DNA of 64,000 nucleotides from Priapulus caudatus (Eukaryota): contig NW_014577062.1 of assembly GCF_000485595.1 (NCBI RefSeq), positions 1,565,293-1,629,292 of the forward strand, in the 5' to 3' direction. Shown here piece after piece: positions 1 to 11,250 of this stretch. The translations under genes and the position numbers were made by a program. The notes beneath the pieces are model-generated. The model saw only the letters and a list, made by a program, of their open reading frames with translations, was not told where the DNA came from and searched no databases. Within the stretch, counting starts at the first letter, position 1; each line of letters begins with the position of its first letter.

Positions 1-578
1 CCTCAAAACAGCACCAGTGCCACCTCTCGGTGTGCGATCCTATTTTCGCTCGAAACAGGGGAGATAGTGAGCGTGTCCTAACAATGATGTGTACGCAACT
101 GCGTATCTGCATATCTGCGCCTAACAAATGTGTCACTACGCACGACTGAAATTGTACGTTCATAACCGTAGCAACAGACCCCAGATGAGCCCAGACGCTG
201 TGCGGCTCTTGTTCTTTCTTATTGGTGAAGGAAATAACACAGAACAGGGAATTAAGTAAATGCGTATTAAGTTGCTTGTCAACTTAACCATTAAAGAAAT
301 TTCAGTGTGAAAAGAGTTGCTAAGTATATCGCTTAGAGGCACAACAAAAAATTAGTTAGTTTTATGCAACGTTCTCTATCATGTGTTTTATAAACTGTTC
401 AAATCAGTTGTGCCAGTGGCTGAATTCTAATGTTACGCATGAATGTTATGAGACAATGAGTGAATAATGTAACCAATAAATTTTCTAACAAGACATTCCT
501 TTTATTCAAACCAGACCTCACACGATTCCTAATGATGCACTCTAGCATGTAACTAAATAGATGCTGTATTTGCTGCAG

Positions 579-2311
579 GATGCCCTGAAACGAAGCACGA
601 AGTGTGGAAACGTGAGCTGTACGGGTGCCGTAACACGGGCAGGTATTGCAAAATCATGAGATGCTAATAATTTGCTCAGCAAAATGCGTGGCACACCTGT
701 TTTTCTCTGATGAGGGTGCTGCATAATCACCCTGTGTCACTGCAATTGTCATACTTGCCCAGTATTCCTGAAAATGCCAAACTTATTCTATATGGTTTAA
801 AAAGAGATTATATATGTGAAAGTGTCGTCATACTTGCTTTTTGTAGCTGCATGTGCTGCACCTACTGGATATAACTGAATGCAACAATAGGTTTGAGTAG
901 TGTAAGAGACTTGGGAAATATTTAACCGATTATAAATAACTCGGATCATGTATCAGAATCAGATGATGTGACGCTGGTGTTGTCTCTTTCCAGCTGATCT
1001 GAGTTTCTACCCATGTCAAGTATGTGGCTTCACAAACTTTGATGCTACCTATCACAAACAAGTGGAAAAAGCAGAGAAGATGACTCAGGAAACACTACTC
1101 ATGATCGAGAACAGTGGTGGACAGGATATCCTTTGGCTGATCTAACTAGTAGTAGAGTAGTATTAGTAATCTAACCAATAACCAATGAAACTATTGAATA
1201 ATTTAATCTCTCTTTACGAATGCTTTGATTCTAAAATATATTTTTTTCTGTTACCCAAATTCTAGTTGTGTGGCGAACGAATAGGGTGCCTCCTTGCTTT
1301 GGTAACACACATATCCAAATACATTCTTCAGCAAACTAATTTAACTAGCCCTGCTGTAGAAATAAAACCACGCATTTAAAAATGCACTCTCTATTTAGCC
1401 AACTAGAACTACTCATTTTGCTGTCTTGTGTTCATACAAGGTGCACGCAGTTTGATTCAAGTAAATGCGTGCGCATTTTGTCAGTCGCGTCGCTGACTGG
1501 TTCACTGGTCCTTGACTCGACATGTGCACATCCGGCCCTGGTGCTGCAGCAGTGTGAGTCCTGCCTGCGGCTGCAGCGGCAGGTCATGCACCCGCTGTGC
1601 GTGAACTACGTGCGCGTTCTCGACAAGGCGATGGACGCCTGCATCGACCAGCAGCTGTGGGAGCAAGCCGTACAATACGGACTACAGACGATCGAGTGCT
1701 ACAGGTGCGTGGCCAGGAAAGACGGGCGATGTGCGGCCGGCTGGCCAGCGCTGCCACGTGGTCGCGCTAGAGGACGTAGTTTACTAATGTTTGTGCCGAC
1801 GAATGTAATCATGTAAATGAAATTTACCTCTGCAAGTTTAATCGCATGGTGCCAGTAATTCTCGTCAGTGATAAATTGGCCGTGCTGTCGAACGTGGTTA
1901 GCAGAGGCAGCGATTTGGCCGTAAACAATAAGAGATGTAGAGTACTGTCTCAAACTGCAGGCGGTTTCATCCCACGTACGATCCTAACGTTGGCCGGCAG
2001 CTGATGAAGATAGGGAAGCTTCAGCTGTATCTGGAGCACCTGGAAGATGCTCTTACTCATCTGCAACAGGTGAGTAGTACTACTGTCATTATCACTACTT
2101 ACACTTCTTGCACCAAGAGTCATGACGATGCGCACGGCATCACAGCATTAAAACCACGGTACACTAACGTTCGCTTCTGTTTTTTTTCCTCATGCAACAG
2201 GCTGATGAGATCCTCGTCATATCCATGGGTGCTGAGAGTCCTCTCGTAGTTGAGCTGAAAGCATTGCTGGAGCAATGTGCCACTCAGCTGTGCATGCGGC
2301 ACAGCCTGTAA
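579..2311 (+). CDS. SMYD3: SMYD3-like histone-lysine N-methyltransferase, 3' part (5' exons lie outside the window)
   Basis: Exons 579-642, 994-1125, 1530-1704, 1961-2069, 2201-2311(TAA) join in frame: DALKRSTKCGNVSC...YVRVLDKAMDACIDQQLWEQAVQYGLQTIECYRRFHPTYDPNVGRQLMKIGKLQLYLEHLEDALTHLQQADEILVISMGAESPLVVELKALLEQC. This resembles the SMYD3 C-terminal TPR-like domain (human KVLDCAMDACI...VMKVGKLQ). Confidence 0.88.
1126..1529 (+). other. U12-type (minor spliceosome) AT-AC intron
   Basis: 5' site ATATCCTTT at 1126, branch point TCCTTGAC at 1509-1516, 3' AC at 1528-1529. Removal restores the frame (GGQ-D-PALV). Confidence 0.9.
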
Positions 2312-2390
2312 ATGGTATCTTAGGCCGCAAATGACATTAAAGAATGTCACTAGTGTCTCGGTGTGTCACCAGTTTCAGTGTCCATCCCTG

Positions 2391-2700
2391 GTATCCCAGC
2401 CTGTCACTAGTATCTCAACCTGTCACCCATATCCCAGCCTGTCACAGGTATCCCATCCTGTCACCGGTATCCCAGCCTGTCACCGGTATCCCAGCCTGTC
2501 ACCCATATCCCAGCCTGTCGCCTGTATCCCAGCCTGTCACCCGTATCCCAGCCTGTCACCCAATGTCACCGGTATCCCAGCCTGTCACTAGTATCCCAGC
2601 CTGTCACCCATATCCCAGCCTGTCACCGGTATCCCAGCCTGTCACTAGTATCCCAGCCTGTCACCCATATCCCAGCCTGTCACCCGTATCCCAGCCTGTA
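2391..2700. repeat. 19-bp minisatellite (TATCCCAGCCTGTCACCGG variants), about 16 copies, in the presumed SMYD3 3' UTR
   Basis: Direct tandem periodicity; explains the repetitive ORFs at 2277-2736. Confidence 0.92.
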
Positions 2701-5664
2701 ACTGGTGTCACAGCCTCGTTATGGGGCCACGTCTAGTATCACGTCGTATATCCTGTCGCCCCTTGAAATTTATCTTGTTTGTGTAACTCAACAATGTGCC
2801 ATGCTAAATTGCATAACTATAAAACTGCATAAAATGCACCCGTAGTTGTGTGCCTCTCTGTATGGCAATGGTGTTACAGAAATGTAGAAGTGGTATAGTT
2901 TAGTGGGTGTTGTATAGGCATTATAACAATGTTTATAGAACGTTAGCTTTGAAAATAAACACGACTGGGGTGTAAGGAAAAGGCAGTACAGTGAATGTGG
3001 CAATCATTACTTAGCACTTTGGGAGAAAAAAAAGACATTAGGCAGGCCACGACTTTTTTATTGTAACCTACCTAGTCTGTGAGGTTTAGAAATGACGAGT
3101 AATAGTGACGAGAATGTGAGTTAATAGCCTTAGACAGTAAAATACAGTAACTGTCCTTGTGATGTTTGATGAGCATGGCCTCCATCTGCCCCTATCCTGA
3201 GATACATATTCAGCCATGTTGTACAGTAGATCTAGAGCATTATAAGTGGATTTCTGGCTATTACAATAATGATGTGTAAGAGCAAAGTTCGGAAAAAATG
3301 TGAATGTTGAAAAGCACTCAAGATATAGTAGTAAGAAGGACATCACCGTGGCTATTGAGTTTGTCTCTTTGAGGTGATGCATGCTTCTGCTTGTTCTAGT
3401 ACTTGTGCACTAACATAAAGGTGCATATTGTAAGCAGATACTGAACGAACAATGACATCTCTCTCCAACAACAATTTCTACCTCAAACAACAAAGGTAAA
3501 CTCGTAGTCTAAAAGAGAAGGCAAGCTTAACATGTTCATTTTCTGCATACAACGCCCAACGCAATGCCGGTGAGTGGCTGTAATGGGAGTTCCTACTGAT
3601 TGCCATTTGTGTTCTATTGCACCAGGAAGTTTTCATTGAAATAGGTTTTTTTGGCTTCATTTGTTAAGTCAATGTATTAGGTGCAAGAATTGGCAAGTTA
3701 TTTTATGAATGAACCTGCTCTTGCATGTGGCGACTAGTGACTACACAAAATAATTTGCCACACACTCGTAGTGTGACCTTATTTATGTTTAATTCAAATA
3801 GTGGTATAGATTGCCATAGATTACAGGTAGAAAGCTATGCTACGCAATACTGTCTAATGTTGTTGGTATCCGATGTTAATGATCTCAAGAAAGAAAGGAC
3901 CTACAAGGCTCATGTTTAAGGCATAGGCTTGTAGAAAAAATTCACCCCATATTGGAATATGGAGGTCACGGGTCAAAAATCAGTTAATAAAAGGGAAGAT
4001 AAGGAAAGAATATTTTAAGAAAAAGTCAAACGGACCCTGAAAATCCATTTTTAGCAGAGGAGATTTGTTTTGTTGTTTGTCATTAGTTTACATGAGATAT
4101 TCGTTTTACTGGTACTATATGAAAAGTATTCACCCGGTGACTTGTACTGAACTTTTAATTTCTTTGCCTCTCAAGAAATAAGCTGATGCCTGTCATGCTC
4201 ATCTGATTGTTCACATGTAGGGCACAATTTCCAAGTTGTTAGCTAAGCCAGAAGCCAGAAGCTTTTTAAAAACATTTTTATTTTACATATTCATTTGATT
4301 TAATTATTTCTGGTTGGCTGCAAAGAAGTTTGACGACTGTGTAAAACAGTAACAGAAACAATACGTGCTTTATATGTGGCTGGCTGATTTGATCAGCTGA
4401 AACACGGGCAAAATTGAAAAGGCGCTGACAATTTGCGTGATTCTTTTGATAACACAAGTGCTTAGAAAGTTGACTAGAACTCGAGGTTTACTATAGCCAT
4501 AATGATAGTACAAATATGAAAATGTGCAAATGAACCCAATAAGTCTTCATGTTGTGCATGAGCTGTAGCAATGCGGACTGTACAGTTTTCTAACCGGTGC
4601 TATATGGATGAACGACTGAAATTGATTTTACAACAGTCCGTTTCTGTTACTCGGGTCATGGTGCAGTTTTCAGATCAATAACTAGAAAAGCACTATTTTT
4701 TGTATCTAGATTTCCAATGTGTAACAGATATAGTTACATGTAGTTTTTCATGTATCCAGAGGTAATATCAGATTTAATGATCCACAGTATAATAAGAGAT
4801 CCTGACTTTAGGATTATTGTTTGAACAAAGGACAGACATAATATCAGCAGTACAAAATTATCTGACTATCTTTTATGAACTTCTGATAAAATGTACTTTT
4901 TTCGTTTTTAGTGTAACTAAAACATTATACGACCTTATGTCTTGTTTATTGGATGCTTATAACGTGTGATATGATATTGTTCAAGTTGTGTAATTTTGCT
5001 TTTGTGATATTTTTCTCAAAATGACAGCCAAGCTCCTGTAGTGTACTGGCTAGTGACTCAGGCCTGTCGTCTCACTAAAACAGCAGTGTTTCTTTGCATG
5101 TATGCGCAAGCTGTACGACTGTTGAGAGAAATTGAGAATCTGCGACAGACCTATATTGTATGGAGTGTACAGGGCATCTGTGAACGTCAGATACGGCTTC
5201 AAGATACGTGTAGCGCGTAGAGGATGAGTAGGTTTTATCATAGGTAGTTACTCGAGGTTTGACTTCGGCTAGTCACAGATGTATTCACTTTGCTGGGTGT
5301 GCGATCATGTGAGGTATTTCGTACCAAAGTTTGTGATGTTTTGTAATCAATAAGGTTATTTGGTGTACTCAGAAATGCACTGCGTGTGATGTATTTCTGG
5401 TGAGTAATGTAGGTATAGCATGCGATAGAAAATGAGCTGAAGGTGTTATGTTTTCTAAGGTTATGAGGTGTAATGTAGTTATAGTTTGCAGTAGAGTCAA
5501 TTCACTGCCGACGTTAGTTGCCTCTCTTGAGGTACCCGGCACAGGGTGGAGTAGCCGAGTGTCATAAGTCATAGTTAAGAAAATGTGTCTCTGACATGGG
5601 CAGACCAGAACACAGTTAGCTCATTGTGTTGCTACCACTTTTAAAAGCGTGAAACAAGCTACAG

Positions 5665-5695
<31 letters not shown>

Positions 5696-6019
5696 TGTGA
5701 ACATATTAAGACTTTAAATATGTAAGCGTTTCTATCAGTTGTGTTCCTGCTATGATGCCATTTGTGGATTTTCGAAAAGCGTCAGTAAATAGCAGAAATG
5801 AGTAGCATATGAGTTAGAATGAGTAAAGCAGTTGCTAATCATTGGTTTTTATGTACCAACGTTTGGTACATGCACTGTATAGTTCCAATTTAGATTAGTT
5901 CAATATGCATTTTTTTTATGCTGTTGAGTAATTGGCCACATTTAGAATATACAGTATAACATTTTCATTAAGATTTATAGCATTCAACTTGCCAACACTA
6001 AAGACTAGAGTCATGTAAT

Positions 6020-6345
6020 GTTGGTATTCGTGCGTCCCTCGTACACGTCAGTATAGCTGATAGGGTCTATGTCCCCCAGGGTACTGCTGGAACGTACCCT
6101 GGGTACGGTCCGGTATACCAGAACGTACCCTGGTAACTATCTAGCTGATATGGTTAGGGTTAGGGTTATGGTTAGGGTTAGGGAGTAGGCGTCTCCCTAG
6201 ACTCGTTAGTGGAGTAGGCGAGGTACGGTCCGGCATATTAGATAGTAGTATTTAGTACCAGGGTAGCGTCAGTAAACGTTCGTAGACAGTGATGGTCCTA
6301 TGCTATGTTGTCAAAACGATGCGTCAACGGTGTTTGTATCACAAA
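6020..6345. mobile_element. Probable non-autonomous repeat with internal (GGGTTA)n tract
   Basis: Internal repeated GAACGTACCCTGG and GGTACGGTCCGG motifs plus a GGTTAGGGTTAGGG tract at about 6152-6183; boundaries approximate. Confidence 0.4.
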
Positions 6346-7614
6346 ATAGGCTATTTTGGGAATTGGTGAACAAAACAAGACTGCAGAATGGCACCTGATG
6401 GTAGTTTCGAAAATTTTAAAATTCGATCATTACAGTAACACAACTTACAGAGCACTTGCATATTCACAGTATAGATATGACTGTAATATCTATCTAACCT
6501 GTATGTGTATTTACCAATGTATAGCATAGTTAAAACTTTAGAATTAGAATTTACAAATTGTCAAAGTCAAAGATTGTGCGCCTCTCCCAACCATGCTCAA
6601 CTTTCATTCCATTGTGGAACTCTTTGCTCAGTGTGGTTGAAGAGATTGAGGCACATCACAATCCGTTTGTATACTATTTCACTGACCATGTTGTCACGCA
6701 TATTTTCGAATTATACGTGGTATACCATACCACGCCAATCATATCTATTATGTTATCAAATCTATGTGCAGTACTAGTGGTACTAATGAATGTCAAGGTA
6801 CATACTACTATTCTTGGCTACATCCCAAGTTGAGTAGATTGAAAAGTCGAAGAGATGAAAAGAAAATGTGTGTGAATAAGATCACGACGTCTTCACAAAA
6901 ACACTAGGAAAAACACTGCTACATGCTGTGAGCACACGCAACCAGACATCGGCAGTCTACGTGTGGACGGGGGTGTAGTCTGTAGTGTAACACACTAGTT
7001 CAGGATAAGATTGAAAATAACTCATCATTGCCAGAGTGATTGCCAATGAGCTGAACGAAACTAGCAGTTAATTAGTTTATTAAAACTTTTAATCTAGCAG
7101 ATATATGTACATTGTAGATTTAATAGCAGTAACATGGTAATAATCAAAATATTGTGAAATAAAACTACCTATTTTCTACACGTCTATGTCGAGTTAACTA
7201 ACTTTTCACCAGTGTGCCACATACACTCGTTCACATATCCTGCCAATTCAGATGTTACTATGGATCCAGAAGCAAGAACTACTTACGTGAAAAGAGAAAA
7301 TTTGTATGTGATAAACGCCATGCCAAATTACTTGCCCTTGAATCATTCTAAAATGATCTCTTACATCAGCACAACAACAACAATAATTAATACAAACGCT
7401 TACATTCTATTTCTAATCCACAGCCAGACTCTCCCAAATTTGCCTCCAATAGTATATTACACCTTTCAGCTTCTTCTGCTCTCTACTATGCTTAATGTCG
7501 GCCCCATCTCTCTCATGCCATGCCTTCCTGTTTTCCACTCCTACTCCATCCTTTTTTGCCATGCCTCTCTGCTATGCCTTACTGTTCTATCCTTTCCTAA
7601 GCCTTCCTGCTGTC

Positions 7615-7710
7615 GTCTCTCTGTGTCTCTCTCTCTCTCTCTCTCTCTCGCTCTCGCTCTCGCTCTCGCTCTCGCTCTCTCTCTCTCTCCCCCTCTCTCT
7701 CTCTCTCTCT
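7615..7710. repeat. (CT)n microsatellite
   Basis: Dinucleotide run just downstream of the morgue stop codon. Confidence 0.9.
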
Positions 7711-7743
7711 GCTAAGGCTCTCCGCATGACACCAACCTTCCTG

Positions 7744-10700
7744 TTACTCCACATGCTGTCTGCCTGCGCTCATTACTGTCGCCCAGAAATCCGCCGTTGT
7801 CGGCATGAACGCGTCGTGCATCGCGTGCTTCCACGTCCAGTCGCGCGCCGTCTCCTCGAATGCGCTCTTGTCACGCTCGTACAGCGTGCCGATCTCGCGC
7901 TCCATGCAGACCTGTGTGTACGGGTCGGTCAGCAGTGACTGAATGCTGATGAGCACCTTGGAGATGGTCAGAGCCAGCGTCCAGTTGTGGTGAATGGAAT
8001 CGATGCCGACGTCGCCGTGGCGACTAATGTTTGGGTGAAAGATTTTAGTGAGGAATCTCACCACGGGAGGGCGCATCGGATAGCCATCAGGTATCTGCAG
8101 GTACACGTGAAACTTGCCACCTTCGTAAGGGCTCTCTCTTGGTCCCATGATTGATGCCTGCAGAGATGGGAGACACAGCAAGCGTGCCAACGTAACTCCC
8201 ACAGTATACAATACAATGTCCAACTTGAATACAGACATGGTGGAAAGCATGGCTCTGTATGCTCAACATGATAAAATCAGGGGTTAATAATGGCAGGTTG
8301 TCATTATTAACCCCTGATAAAATACAACCTCAAGCTTAGAAATGACCAACTTGAGATCCAGGGTGAAACAATGGGTTGTGCAAGAATGTCCAATGACACT
8401 CCTTATATTAGCCCCTGTTTAACTGAGGACACGAGTGGTGTACATTATCACTATCACTGCCTCCAGTTCACAAAAATTTATTTTACTGGTTACATCTAAT
8501 AACTCCTGCTTAAAAGTAAGCAGATAGTGCTACGTATAGGAACTCTTATTGTACTGAAGTACACCTACCTGCCAGTGACAACATGCTCTGTCTAGAGGAG
8601 TAGCCTCAATGCCCTCCGGCGGGTCCTGTTTTAATGTTTTCAGCTCATTGCGCAGCCGGTTACAGCGCCACTTGCTCTCTTCCTGAGGCGAATCAAGCTG
8701 GTAGGCTACCTATGTATCCACACAGACATGAATGTATTAATGTATGCACACACACACACATGTACACATGCACAAATGCTTGAGTTAATATAAGTACATA
8801 TATACACATAAATGCACACAGGCACACGCACAAATAAACACAAAGAATCATTCTCTCTTTAGCTGATCCGAATATACTAATAAGATGATCTACATCACAG
8901 ACTTGTACGAATTAATTGTGAAACTCATCGCCAGATGACGCCACTGTACATGAATACCTGGTCAGACATCTGCTCCAGGCAGAGAAGGCAAGGAGTGCTC
9001 TCCAGCAGCTTGCTGAACAGGCGTCTCCAACAGGTGATGCGGTAGAAGGGCTTGAACAGTGGCCAGCGTGCCTCCGTGTGACGCCTCCACTGCTCCTGCA
9101 CACGCAACAAAAATGAGTCCGTTTACGTGCATGCTCGCTCCACTGGCGGATTAATGAGGGGTGTGTGTCAGGGTCACGGTCCGTCACAGGGTCACGGAAC
9201 CGGGCCAAGAATCAATGTGAAAAAATGTGGAAAATCGCGAAACAGTCGTGAGCATCTCACACCCTTTAAATCACTTACTTTCCCCCAAATATAGTTCACC
9301 ATAGGCCAGCATTTGCCATTTGAAGAAGCACCGAAATGCGTTGCTAGACTGCTGAGGGGGCTTATAGCGCTTACCTGTGTGGTTTCAGCTGCCAACAGGT
9401 GCCGCCACCGTCGGCACACACGGCTCACATTGTACAGCGAGATGTCATTGAGGTAAGAGAAGACAACGAGAAGGACCTCTGGTGGCAGGGAATCAACTAG
9501 TCCATCAGCAACCTTGTCTTTTTCTCTCGGCGACGTCAGTGCAGCTATTTTCTCGGCAAGTTTATCGGTTTTTGGTGGCACCACCTGGAGGTCACAAATG
9601 TCATTTGCTAGTTGCCAAGGCAACTGATCTAATGTAGTACAATGTGAAATCAGGCTAGCAAAACTAATTTATTTCGAGTAAACCAATTTTATTGCTTATT
9701 CACAGATTTCTCCTCTGTTAAATAATCCATGCCAGCCTCGATTCATTATCACTGTCAATAACAATCATCATTATTAGTAAGCTACTAAGGTTCCTTCGTG
9801 TGGGCTACACATAGCTACGACCTTCCAACTTAAATGAGTTATAGCCTGCCAGGATAATGAACACTAAATGTTGATTACCAATGCAAAATAATTAATGCTG
9901 GGCAAGTTTCAACTCCCTGATATACTTCTGCCTAAATTCGCATGTAAAGTGGATTCACTAGCTCAAGCCCGGGTGATACTTCATTAGGAGTGTTCCAAAC
10001 TTTAATGTCATTAATGGTCATAATAACATATATATATATATATATATATGGTAATGGTCATATATTAGTTTGTGGTTTAATGTCATTTAGGTTAGGGTTA
10101 GGGTTAGGGTTAGGATTATCAATCATTAGGATTATCAATCAGCTTATCAAAGTTGGGAACACTCCTAAGGGAGCATTAACTTCAAGCCCCAGCACACCTA
10201 CAGTACACTGACACCAAGAGACTGTGCTTCTAACATATCAGTGTTGTTTTAACACTTAACAAATTGGGCTTAAACATGCCTGCATGATTCAGTACTCTTC
10301 TCACCTCTATGTCTGTGCCCGCACTTACGTCTCTGCCTGCCCACTCTACCACTTTCTGTCTGCCTAATATACCCCTTCAGCCTGTGCCCACACTTCCATC
10401 TCTGTCTGTCCCATTCTACCACTTCTGTCTGTTTGCCCACCATACCCCTTCAGCCTGTTCCATCTCTGCCTGCCCCCCCTCTACCCCTTCTGCCTGGGCT
10501 CACACGTCCTGCCTATACCTTCCCACTCTCCCACCCATGTCTACTACCTGCTGGACGTAAGCCACTTGGTTCCGCCTGCTCTTGTAATCGAAGAATTCTG
10601 TCGGTTCTTCTGTGCCAGAGTCTCCAGAATCATCCTTCTCGGCCAGCAAGAGGGAATCTTCCGGAAGTGCCGGATGATCGGGATAGAGGAAGGCGTGGCA

Positions 10701-10799
10701 CGTGCCGCAGACAGGCAGGGAGAAGCTGGGTCCGTAGTAGCCGTCGCAGGCCGCGCACGCATCGTTCCTGTAGTCTAGACCGTCATCACGCAGCGCCAT
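7744..10799 (-). CDS. morgue: Morgue: Zn finger + F-box + ubiquitin E2-variant fusion protein (384 aa)
   Basis: Five exons joined by phase-0 GT-AG introns: 10799-10548, 9584-9375, 9095-8958, 8709-8569, 8157-7744. N-terminal CAACDGYYGPSFSLPVCGTCH finger, F-box (LPPEVLLVVFSYL...VCRRW) and UBC fold (SPYEGGKF...YPMRPP...HPNISRHGDVGID) with Gly at the catalytic Cys position, as in Drosophila Morgue. Confidence 0.93.
9984..10168. mobile_element. Small MITE in morgue intron 1 with (GGGTTA)n core
   Basis: Inverted ends TTAGGAGTGTTCCAAACTTT / AAAGTTGGGAACACTCCTAA; a related copy lies at about 31605-31697. Confidence 0.65.
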
Positions 10800-10892
10800 C
10801 TACAGTGGCGAATCCGTCTCACAAGCGTGTTGGCGGACCACACGTCCGTTATCGGCGCAGCACGGCTGGCCGTATCTTGAGTGTCACAATGT

Positions 10893-10906
10893 GTTTCTAT
10901 GGAAAC
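10893..10906. promoter_or_regulatory. X-box (RFX)-like palindrome about 95 bp upstream of the morgue ATG
   Basis: GTTTCTATGGAAAC fits the X-box consensus GTNRCC-N(0-3)-RGYAAC loosely; the morgue start codon sits in a YY1-like AGATGGCG context. Confidence 0.4.
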
Positions 10907-11107
10907 CGACGCACGATGTGAGCCACATGCAGCGCTTTAGCACTTTAGTTTTGGTTTGTGAAATTGAAATCTCTCTAATCACTCCGCAAGATTCGTACAC
11001 TTGTCTTCCTGCAAGCTGCTAAACCAGCCAAGTAACAGTGACGTGTATGCGCACCACAGTAACGCTTGAGCTTGTATGAGTTTGTGCTTAATTATCACAG
11101 TCAGCGA

Positions 11108-11250
11108 CTAAATGTCCTCGAAGTCAGTAATGCTGGTGTCTCGGCACAGTATGTCTTCCACGAGCGATTTCGGCAGCTCTAGGAATTTGGTGTCTTCTGT
11201 ACTAATGTGTGACCGTACTATTTGCAGACATCTCTCCTTCAACGTGAAAA
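11108..11250 (-). CDS. VHL: VHL exon 3 (alpha domain, BC/Cul2 box)
   Basis: Acceptor ataattacag, then [14 protein letters not shown]...[11 protein letters not shown]...TAG. Confidence 0.92.

Noticed and set aside
2277..2736. Repetitive ORFs and CRISPR-like periodicity
   Set aside because: Translation of a 19-bp minisatellite; no unique spacers, no cas genes, eukaryotic context.
7744..8250. Stand-alone ubiquitin-conjugating enzyme ORF
   Set aside because: It is the last exon of morgue (exon starts at 8157) and lacks the catalytic Cys.
6150..10112. TTAGGG tracts (also at about 31648-31665) as telomere remnants
   Set aside because: Only 3-5 units each, embedded in small dispersed repeat elements.
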